NCBI GenBank assembly: GCA_965215195.1
Contig: CBDCDC010000001.1
Location: 896,001 to 960,000, forward strand
Direction of reading: 5' to 3'
Source: Candidatus Latescibacterota bacterium
GTDB lineage: Bacteria; Latescibacterota; UBA2968; UBA8231
Length of the DNA: 64,000 nt
Position 1 is the first letter of the stretch, and each line of letters opens with the position of its first letter. A program made the translations under genes and the position numbers. Positions 38,764-46,417 of this stretch are shown here, one piece after another. The notes below the pieces were generated by a model. That model was given only the letters and a program-made list of their open reading frames with translations, had not been told where the DNA came from and did no database searches.

Positions 38764-40034
38764 TCGAAGGGGCCTTCTGGATCGTGCTCACCGGCGCGTT
38801 GGTCACCGCGTCCTGCGCCCTGTTGGGCACCTTTTTGGTGCTGCGCAAAATGTCGCTGTTGGGCGATGCTCTGAGCCACGCCGTGCTGCCGGGGATTGCC
38901 GTGGCCTTCCTGCTGTCGGGCAGCCGCGCGGTCCTGCCGATGTTTTTGGGTGCGGCCGCCTTCGGCTTGCTGACTGCGCTATTGGTTGAGTCGTTGCACC
39001 GGCGGTGGCGCGTGCAAGAGGACGCGGCCATCGGCATTGTGTTTACCGCGCTTTTCGCGCTGGGCGTGGTGATCATTACCGCGTATGCCGGTCAAGTCGA
39101 TCTCGATCAGGAGTGCGTGCTCTACGGCGAGATCGCCTATACCCCTTGGGATTTGTTGCTGTGGGGCGACGAGTCGCTGGGGCCGCGGCCGGTGTGGATA
39201 TTGGGCGCGGTGCTGGCGATTAATTTGACTGTGATCGCGCTCTTGTACAAGGAGTTCAAGATCGCTGCGTTCGATCCGGCCATGGCCATGTCGGTGGGGA
39301 TCAACGCCGCCCTGATGCACTATCTCTTGATGGGGTTGGTCGCCCTGACGACGGTGGCGTCGTTTGAGTCCGTCGGTGCGATTTTGGTCGTGGCCATGCT
39401 GATCGTGCCCGGGGCCGCCGCCTATTTGTGGAGCGACCGGCTCATCGCGGTACTGGGGTTGGCCGTGGTCTTTGGGGTGGCCTCGGCCGTGGCGGGTTAC
39501 TTTTTGGCCAGCTTCTGGAATAGCTCCATCGCTGGGGCCATGGTAGTGGTCATTGGCGGGATATTTCTCTTTTCCCTGCTTTTTTCGCCCAATCAGGGCG
39601 TGTTGGCGCGGATCTATCAGCGCGTGCGGCTGTCGCTACAAGTGGCGCAAGATCACATGCTGCTCGCGCTGGCGCGGCGCGCGGAGGAGGCCGAGTGCGC
39701 TGGGCTGCGGCCGGCCGAGCTGGTGGCGGCCGCAGCCGTTTGGAGCCTACTGGCGCGGCTGGCGTTTGGCGACCTGCGGCGGCGGCAACTGCTGGTACAG
39801 GCGAATGGCTTGATCGAATTGTCTGCCAAGGGCCAACAAATCGCGCTGCGCCTGTTGCGCCATCACCGGCTTTGGGAGACCTATATGAGCCATCTGGGGC
39901 TGCCCAAAGACCACGTCCACGACCCGGCCGACGCGATTGAGCACTTCATTGGCCGCGAGCTGGCCGCCGAGTTGGGCGCGGAAATCAGCGACGCGCAAGA
40001 CCCGCAGGGCAAGCAAATCCCGCCCTCTAATTGA
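38760..40034 (+). CDS. Metal ABC permease with C-terminal DtxR-like domain (TroD/MntD)
   Basis: SLLGDALSHAVLPG; RHHRLWETYM...ADAIEHFI...DPQGKQIP. Confidence 0.88.
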   Translation: MIEGAFWIVLTGALVTASCALLGTFLVLRKMSLLGDALSHAVLPGIAVAFLLSGSRAVLPMFLGAAAFGLLTALLVESLHRRWRVQEDAAIGIVFTALFALGVVIITAYAGQVDLDQECVLYGEIAYTPWDLLLWGDESLGPRPVWILGAVLAINLTVIALLYKEFKIAAFDPAMAMSVGINAALMHYLLMGLVALTTVASFESVGAILVVAMLIVPGAAAYLWSDRLIAVLGLAVVFGVASAVAGYFLASFWNSSIAGAMVVVIGGIFLFSLLFSPNQGVLARIYQRVRLSLQVAQDHMLLALARRAEEAECAGLRPAELVAAAAVWSLLARLAFGDLRRRQLLVQANGLIELSAKGQQIALRLLRHHRLWETYMSHLGLPKDHVHDPADAIEHFIGRELAAELGAEISDAQDPQGKQIPPSN

Positions 40035-40047
40035 TGCCGAGGCCAGC

Positions 40048-40647
40048 GTGATCCGGCTGAAGAGCAAAGATGCAGATATCAAGCGAACCTATGCGCGGGA
40101 TCTATGGGCTTCGGTGGGGTTTGTGGTTCTGTTACTCGCCGCAGTGGTGGCGCTTGATCCGCAGATTGTGTTCGACGCGAAAAGGCCCGTGCAACGGCCC
40201 GCGACCATTGAGCTGGAACTCGTTCCCGAGACCGAGATGCGGCTGCCCTTGCCGCCGCCGGTCCGGCGCATTGAGCCGGTGGCGTACGCGCCGGCCGTGC
40301 GTGCGCATAAACTGCCGCCGCCCGTGGTGGCGACCGAGTTTCCTTTGGAGGAGGAAGTGGAGGCCGCGGAGTTGTGGATGGTGGAGCAGCCGCCGAAAGT
40401 GCTCAAGAAGGTTCTGCCGGTCTATCCCGACCGTGCGCGGAGTGCATTGGTGGAGGGCAAGGTCTTTGTGCGGGTGTTAGTGAATCGGGAGGGGCGGGTC
40501 GAGCGCATCGACCGCATTGAGGGGCCGCAGGTCTTCCAACGCGCGGTGGCCCAGGCCGCCAAGGCTTGGGAGTTCGCGCCGGCCGTGCAAAACGACCGCG
40601 CCGTCCCGGTGTGGGTCAGCTTGCCGTTTGTGTTCGAGCTGGAGTAA
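40048..40647 (+). CDS. TonB family energy transducer
   Basis: N-terminal TM, Pro-rich linker, YPDRAR...EGKVFVRVLV...WEFAPA; start uncertain. Confidence 0.8.
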   Translation: MIRLKSKDADIKRTYARDLWASVGFVVLLLAAVVALDPQIVFDAKRPVQRPATIELELVPETEMRLPLPPPVRRIEPVAYAPAVRAHKLPPPVVATEFPLEEEVEAAELWMVEQPPKVLKKVLPVYPDRARSALVEGKVFVRVLVNREGRVERIDRIEGPQVFQRAVAQAAKAWEFAPAVQNDRAVPVWVSLPFVFELE

Positions 40648-40971
40648 TCAGCCGCCGGTGCGCTTGGCCTGATAGCCGCGCTTGGCTAGCTCGGCGAGCA
40701 CGACATCCACTTTGTCCCCCTGAATTTCTATTACGCGATCGACGACCGACCCGCCGCTGCCGCACTTGCGCTTGAGTTCGGAGGCGAGGGCCTTGAGTTC
40801 GGCGGCCGACAGCCGCAGGCCCGAGATGGTGGTCGCGGTCTTGCCGGCGCGGCCCTTTTTCTCGCGGCGCACGCGGGCGATGCCGTCGCCAGTGGGGGCG
40901 GCGGCTTGCTGTTTCGGCTGGGGTACGCGGCCGGTATCAGAGGAATACACGAGGCGGCTATTTTTGGCCAT
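40648..40971 (-). CDS. yciH: SUI1/YciH translation initiation factor-like protein
   Basis: RLVYSSD, REKKGRAGK, LKRKCGSGG, IEIQGD. Confidence 0.9.
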   Translation of the reverse strand: MAKNSRLVYSSDTGRVPQPKQQAAAPTGDGIARVRREKKGRAGKTATTISGLRLSAAELKALASELKRKCGSGGSVVDRVIEIQGDKVDVVLAELAKRGYQAKRTGG

Positions 40972-41755
40972 TGGGATTCTCCATGCTGTGTCCCGCCGCT
41001 TGCCGCTCTTGAACTAGGCGCAGGGTCTCGTCGCGCCACCCTGCAAACTCGTCGGTATCTACTGCGTCGTGCAAAGTCGCCCTTTTGGCGTAGGGCACGT
41101 AGTTGCCTAGGTGCCATAGCGTGTTGCGGTAGAGGCAGAAGTCGCCGGCGTCGAGGAAGAGCTGCCGGGCAGCGGGCATACTTTTTGCGTACCCGAGGCA
41201 AGTCCACTCGCGCTCGGTAGCGGATTGTCCTTTGAGATCGGGCGTGGCAATGGGGCGCTCGCACGGCAGGTCGCGGCGCAGGTGGCTGCCGGGGACGACC
41301 CAAGTACACGAGTCTGCGTATAGGGCGCAGTTGACTTGGTTGAAGTAGCGGTCGTCGGCAAAGTGCTCGTCCCAGCGAGTTAGGTCCAAGCCGGGCATAT
41401 TGTCGCGCCAGTCGCGGTGCCAGGGGGTACACCACGGCCAGTCGGCTGGCTCGAAGAGCACACCCATGACCTGCGGTCCACCGACGCGAAAATCCGGCGA
41501 GAGCAGGCGGTGCAGGGCGTCGTTGAGTGCGGGAAGTTCGGCGTAGTCGATAAAGGGCTGCTGGTTGAGCGGGAAGTCGGCCATCGGCTGGAGGCGCTGG
41601 GCTTGGGGGCCGCGCTGTTGGCGAGCCAAGTCCCGCGCCTCGTCGCAGACTCGGCGTAGATCGGCGACTAAGGAAAACGGTAGGATTTGGCGGAAGACCG
41701 CGTAGCCCTGAGTGCGGTACTCGTGGATGTGGCAATCGGAAAAGGCAAAGGCCAT
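40958..41755 (-). CDS. Phytanoyl-CoA dioxygenase (PhyH) family protein
   Basis: EYRTQGY, WHRD, WVVPGSH, AGD...WH.G. Confidence 0.8.
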   Translation of the reverse strand: MAFAFSDCHIHEYRTQGYAVFRQILPFSLVADLRRVCDEARDLARQQRGPQAQRLQPMADFPLNQQPFIDYAELPALNDALHRLLSPDFRVGGPQVMGVLFEPADWPWCTPWHRDWRDNMPGLDLTRWDEHFADDRYFNQVNCALYADSCTWVVPGSHLRRDLPCERPIATPDLKGQSATEREWTCLGYAKSMPAARQLFLDAGDFCLYRNTLWHLGNYVPYAKRATLHDAVDTDEFAGWRDETLRLVQERQAAGHSMENPNGQK

Positions 41756-41764
41756 GGCGTTATC

Positions 41765-41911
41765 TCATACGTGTGCTACGTGAAAGCCTTGGGGCGGCTC
41801 AAAGTGCTCGGCGCGTTTGCCGATATAGTGGCAGATAAAACTGCGCCGCCAGCGGTTGGCGGTCTGGTCTTGGTCGCGGTAGGATTGTACTTGGGCGGCG
41901 TTGAGGTTCAC
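41765..41911 (-). pseudogene. Collapsed PhyH-family gene (N- and C-terminus joined, 48 aa)
   Basis: MNLNAAQVQSYRDQ|DQTANRWRRSFICHYIGKRAEHF...; both halves resemble PhyH termini. Confidence 0.55.
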
Positions 41912-41928
41912 GGTGGGCTACTTTCTAA

Positions 41929-42084
41929 GAAGCGGTCTGCTTCACCGCGCCTTTAGGCGTGACAAACCCCCGGCGGACCGCGTTGAGTAGCGGTTGAGAG
42001 GCCCTCGGAGGGAGCGTTTTTCGAGGGCGAGACGCCCTCGCTCCTAGATTGTTTGGACGGTTCGCGGAATTTTCAGACCGCTTC
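41929..42084. mobile_element. MITE-like element, 156 bp (IS5-like ends)
   Basis: TIR gaagcggtctg / cagaccgcttc flanked by TAA on both sides; internal hairpin gagggcg-aga-cgccctc. Confidence 0.6.
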
Positions 42085-42259
42085 TAAGTGATGAACGGCT
42101 GCGCCGTAACTTAGCGAACATAGTCCCGGGTTTTCAACCGGACCGCGGCTCACTCAACCCTAGCCGGGTATTGCTGGAGGGGGAACTGGTCAATCTTTCC
42201 ATGAATTGACGTTGTATATACGGTCTCTTACCTTGGCTCTATGGATTCTCCAAGACGTC

Positions 42260-42303
42260 CTGTTTGAGTGGGACGCCTCAAAAAGCATCGGGTCTCTTTT
42301 GAA
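42260..42303 (+). pseudogene. Tiny remnant of a BrnT-like toxin gene
   Basis: LFEWDASK joined out of frame to KHRVSFE. Confidence 0.35.
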
Positions 42304-42383
42304 ACTCAAGGCCATTCGATGGGCCTTCGATGAACGGCAAACCCTCAAAACTGCGTAACGTCAGTTAATAAAGGAGAAGATAA

Positions 42384-42722
42384 ATGGTAAAAATTGGCGA
42401 TGGAGATATGTTGGGGTACTACGCGCTTCTCATTCCAGAGAATTCGACAGCCCGTATCCCACTTGATGTCCAAGGATGGAAGTTCGATTTGGACATCAAG
42501 TTCGATAATACATCGGAAGAGCGAGGTGTGGATATTACCAAGACTGACGATGGGGCGACGATTACATTCCGCAAGTGGAACAATTCGCTCGGTACTGCTC
42601 TACTTGAACCCGAACCATTGGCCACCCTGCACGACGGGCAAAAACTCGCCTTCATGGCCAGCAATTATGCGATAGGAGGGACCAACAAACTCGATCTGCA
42701 ACTTCTTTTGCAAGAGGCGTGA
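42384..42722 (+). CDS. Hypothetical beta-rich protein (DUF6864-like)
   Basis: AAGGAG RBS, low GC, TFRKWNNSLGTALLEP. Confidence 0.65.
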   Translation: MVKIGDGDMLGYYALLIPENSTARIPLDVQGWKFDLDIKFDNTSEERGVDITKTDDGATITFRKWNNSLGTALLEPEPLATLHDGQKLAFMASNYAIGGTNKLDLQLLLQEA

Positions 42723-42726
42723 TGAA

Positions 42727-43098
42727 ATGCCGGAAAGAGATGGGAATATTGACGCACATAGTGTACCAATTAAGAAAATCCACAGTAGTGTCGCTCAAGT
42801 AGTTATTATCACCACAGAAGACAAGTTGAAAATCATTCTCAACGAATACAAAGATACTCAGATCGACAGTAAATCTTGGATAGCTCCTTTGGGCATTTTT
42901 CTTACGCTTGTAGGTACTCTTACCACAAGCACACCGAATGATTTTTGGCTGCCAAAGGAGTTTTGGCATCCAGTCTATGGAGGAGCAGCAGTAGCGGCAG
43001 GCATCTGGCTCCTCGTCTCAGGCCATAAGGCTTGGCGAGCATGGCGGAAGCCGTTGTCCGTCGCAGATATAGTGGAACGAATCAAAAACGATCCGTAA
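42727..43098 (+). CDS. Hypothetical two-TM membrane protein
   Basis: TTEDKLKIIL; TMs WIAPLGIFLTLVGTL and VYGGAAVAAGIWLLV; 4 nt after the previous gene. Confidence 0.7.
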   Translation: MPERDGNIDAHSVPIKKIHSSVAQVVIITTEDKLKIILNEYKDTQIDSKSWIAPLGIFLTLVGTLTTSTPNDFWLPKEFWHPVYGGAAVAAGIWLLVSGHKAWRAWRKPLSVADIVERIKNDP

Positions 43099-43110
43099 TT
43101 AAAGACATCC

Positions 43111-44175
43111 CTACTCCCCCAACCACAGCTCTGGTCGCTCGACAAAGACCCGCATCTGGCCCAAAAAGCGGGCGGCCAAGCCGCTGTCTAGCACTCGGTC
43201 GTCGAAGGTCAGGTTTAGGGCCATCAGTGCTCTCGGCACGACCTGACCTTGATAGACGGCCGGCTTGGCTGCGATCCGACCCATTCCCAAAAATGCCCCT
43301 TGCGTCTGATAGGTCATCGGCGCAAAGGCGTCGATTCCATACAACCCCAAGTTGGCAATAGCAAAGGTCGCGCCCTCGGTGGCGGCCGGCGGCAAGGTGC
43401 GGCGACGTGCCCGAAAGGTTAGGTCGCGGGCTTCGGCCGCGAGTTGCGCGAGGCTCTTGGCGTCTGCGTCGCGGAGGACCGGCACCACCAAGCCGTCGGG
43501 GGTATCCACGACCAAGCCGAGATGCACGGCCCGGCCCGGCCCGAGAGGATAGCGGACCAGAGCGACAGCCGTCATTTTGGCGAATAGGTGGTTGTACGTA
43601 GGTGCGGCCGGGCCCCGGGCCGCCTTGAGCCGAGCGCGTAGGGCCACCAGCTCGGTGGCGTCTGCTTCAGTCGTCAGGGTCGCACGGACTAGGGGCCGGG
43701 GCCGTGCAGCCGCCGCGCGGATGTCGCGCTCGACGATCCGGCCCGTGCGCCCGCTGCCTTGGAGTACGCGCCATTCCACCCCAAGCTCCGAGGCCACGCG
43801 CCGAGCGCGGGGGCTAATGGTCGGCCCTGCGGAGCGAGCCGGCGCAGGCGTTGGAGCTGGCTCTGGTTTTGCAGGCGTTGGAACCGACTCTGCGGCGGGC
43901 GTTGGGGGCGGCGCAGTCGGCATCTCCTCGCCGGGCTGCAACAGATAGCCCAACAGGGTGCCCACCGGCACGGTATCGCCGGGTTGGGGGGCGTGCGGGG
44001 GGATGCGCAGGATGCCGCCGGAAAAGGTCTCAATCTCGTTGAGGGCCTTGTCGCTTTCCACCGTAAAGAGGATTTCGCCGGCCTCGACCGCGTCGCCATC
44101 GGCTTTGAGCCACTCGACGAGGGTGCCCTCCTCCATGGTCCACCCCAAGCGGGGCATCGCGATTGCCTCGGCCAT
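43111..44175 (-). CDS. Dihydrolipoamide acyltransferase E2-like protein with degenerate catalytic domain
   Basis: Lipoyl motif VESDKA, E3-binding ISPRARR..GSGRTGRI; DDRVLDS replaces DHRxxDG. Confidence 0.85.
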   Translation of the reverse strand: MAEAIAMPRLGWTMEEGTLVEWLKADGDAVEAGEILFTVESDKALNEIETFSGGILRIPPHAPQPGDTVPVGTLLGYLLQPGEEMPTAPPPTPAAESVPTPAKPEPAPTPAPARSAGPTISPRARRVASELGVEWRVLQGSGRTGRIVERDIRAAAARPRPLVRATLTTEADATELVALRARLKAARGPAAPTYNHLFAKMTAVALVRYPLGPGRAVHLGLVVDTPDGLVVPVLRDADAKSLAQLAAEARDLTFRARRRTLPPAATEGATFAIANLGLYGIDAFAPMTYQTQGAFLGMGRIAAKPAVYQGQVVPRALMALNLTFDDRVLDSGLAARFLGQMRVFVERPELWLGE

Positions 44176-44185
44176 GCGCTTGCTC

Positions 44186-45163
44186 CTACTCGGCCATCAG
44201 GTCGCGGATGGCCCGTTCTATGTCCTTCCTGTTGGGCGCGATGGCGGCCTCTAAGGGTGCGCTGTACGGCGTGGGCACGTGTGCGCCATTGAGGCGGCGC
44301 ACGGGCGCGTCAAGGTCGTCGAAGGCCCGGTCCACTACTGCGGCGGCGATTTCTGCGCCCATGCCGCAGGGGGCAAAGGTCTCATCGACGATCAGCAGGC
44401 GGCCCGTCCGGTGTACGGATTTGAGCACGGCGTCGATGTCGAGGGGGGACGTAGTGCGGGGGTCAATGACTTCGACCGAGATGCCCTCGTCGGCTAGGGC
44501 CGCGGCGACTTGGAGCGTGGCCGGCACCATGGTCGTCAAAGCCACGACGGTCAGGTGCTCGCCGCGGCGGCACACGGCCGCTTGGCCAAAGGGGATGCAG
44601 TACTCCTCTGCCGGAACTTGGCCGCGGGTGTTGAGCAGGGACTTGTGTTCGAGGAAGAGCACCGGGTCGTGGCCGCGCAGGGCTGTCTTGAGCAGGCCCT
44701 TGGCGTCGTACGGATTGGACGGCACTGCGACCTTGAAGCCGGGCAGATGCGCAAAGATCGGATAGTAGTTGCCCGAGTGGTGGGTGGCGGCCGCGCCGCC
44801 GACGCCAATGCAGCCGCGCAGGACGATGGGCATTTTCAGGCGGCCGCTGCTCATGTACTGCATCTTGGCGATCTGGTTGACCAGTTCGCCGAACGCATCG
44901 AGGATGAAGTCCAAGAACATGAAATCCACCACGGGCCGCGTGCCGGTCATGGCCGCTCCAGCGCACAGGCCGACAAAGCCGCGCTCGCATATCGGGGTGT
45001 CGCGCAGGCGCTCCGGGCCGTACAAATTGAAGAGGCCGGTGGTGGTGTTGAAGTTGCCGCCGCGCGGACCAATGCCCTCGCCGACGACGAAAATGGTCTC
45101 GTCGCGCGCCATCTCTTCGGCTAGGGCTTGGCGCGCCGCTTCTACATACGTGAGTTCGGGCAC
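44186..45163 (-). CDS. 2-oxoacid/acetoin dehydrogenase E1 beta subunit
   Basis: DTPICE, DFMFLDF, NQIAK, DAKGLL, FLEHK. Confidence 0.92.
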   Translation of the reverse strand: MPELTYVEAARQALAEEMARDETIFVVGEGIGPRGGNFNTTTGLFNLYGPERLRDTPICERGFVGLCAGAAMTGTRPVVDFMFLDFILDAFGELVNQIAKMQYMSSGRLKMPIVLRGCIGVGGAAATHHSGNYYPIFAHLPGFKVAVPSNPYDAKGLLKTALRGHDPVLFLEHKSLLNTRGQVPAEEYCIPFGQAAVCRRGEHLTVVALTTMVPATLQVAAALADEGISVEVIDPRTTSPLDIDAVLKSVHRTGRLLIVDETFAPCGMGAEIAAAVVDRAFDDLDAPVRRLNGAHVPTPYSAPLEAAIAPNRKDIERAIRDLMAE

Positions 45164-46149
45164 TACGCGCCGTCCCGTTGGCTAAAGATGTGGTCGGCCA
45201 CGGTGGCCGGGTCGGGCCACGGGCTGTCGTGGGCAAATTGCAGGGCCTCGGCGATCAGGGCGGTGACGTCCGCCGCGATCGCGTCGAGTTCTTCTCGGCG
45301 GGTGTGGCCGGCCGCTAGCAGCCGGCGGGCGAAGGCCGGGATGGGATCGCGCTCTTTCCACGCGTCGATTTCCTCGCTGGAGCGATAGCCTCCGTCGCGC
45401 ATTCCCTCGGCGTGGGGCCGGGTGCGGTAGGTCTTGCACTCGATGAGGGTCGGGCCGCCGCCTTGGCGGGCGCGGGTTATTGCTTCGCCGGCTGCCGCGT
45501 ACACCCCAGCTAGGTCGTTGCCGTCAATGGCAATGCCGGGCAATCCGTAGGCGGCGGCGCGGTTGGCCACCTGCGGATTGCGGGTGGTGGCGGCAAAGGC
45601 CACTTCGGTGGCGTAGAGGTTGTTTTCGCAGACGAAGAGCACCGGCAATTGCCAGTTGGTCGCTAGGTTGATGCCCTCGTGGAAGGCGCCGTTGGCGACC
45701 GCCCCGTCGCCAAAAAAGGCCACGCCGACTTTGGGGACGCCCAAGAGCTTAAAGGAGTAGCCGGCACCGGCCGCTTGGAGGATGCAGGGACCGACGATGC
45801 CGCTGGTGCCCATCATCCCCACTTGCGGCGAGAAAAGGTGCATGGAGCCACCGCGCCCCTGCGAGCAACCCGTGGCTTTGCCAAAAAGCTCGGCGATCAG
45901 CTCCTTGGGCGGTACGCCTTTGGCGAGGGCGTGGCCGTGGCCGCGATGCGTACTAAAAACCGCGTCGTCGTCGCTGAGGTGGGCGCAAACGCCGGTGGCG
46001 ATAGCTTCCTCGCCGACGTACGTGTGGCAAGCGCCGGGGATCAGGCCGGCTTGGTAGGAGCGGGCGAGTTGCTCTTCGCAGCGGCGGATGACCAGCATCT
46101 GGCGATAGAGCGCCAGACAGGTATCCTTGTCGGGCAGAGCTGTAGGCAT
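45163..46149 (-). CDS. 2-oxoacid/acetoin dehydrogenase E1 alpha subunit (TPP-dependent)
   Basis: STHRGHGH, GRGGSMH, FFGDGA...ENN. Confidence 0.92.
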   Translation of the reverse strand: MPTALPDKDTCLALYRQMLVIRRCEEQLARSYQAGLIPGACHTYVGEEAIATGVCAHLSDDDAVFSTHRGHGHALAKGVPPKELIAELFGKATGCSQGRGGSMHLFSPQVGMMGTSGIVGPCILQAAGAGYSFKLLGVPKVGVAFFGDGAVANGAFHEGINLATNWQLPVLFVCENNLYATEVAFAATTRNPQVANRAAAYGLPGIAIDGNDLAGVYAAAGEAITRARQGGGPTLIECKTYRTRPHAEGMRDGGYRSSEEIDAWKERDPIPAFARRLLAAGHTRREELDAIAADVTALIAEALQFAHDSPWPDPATVADHIFSQRDGA

Positions 46150-46264
46150 GGCGGCGAATATAGCGATTGTCCGCCGCCCTGCCAAAGACGCCTATCAGGT
46201 CGAATTGGACGGACAGGTGGAAGCTAAAAAGACGACGAAGCTGCCGTGAGGGGATGGAGTAGGG

Positions 46265-46304
46265 AAAAGGCCCCACGGCGATGTTTTTTGCCGTGGGGCC
46301 TTTT
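46265..46304. terminator. Bidirectional-type intrinsic terminator, orphaned between divergent genes
   Basis: aaaaggccccacggc...gccgtggggcctttt. Confidence 0.7.
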
Positions 46305-46417
46305 GTGCGTGGTGATTAGACGCTTTAATTAGGCACTACTCATTGTGGAAAGAGCTGTTTGGCTTCGTAGAGGACTCCCAAGATGGCTATATCACCGAGC
46401 GGATTCAGGAGGAAACC

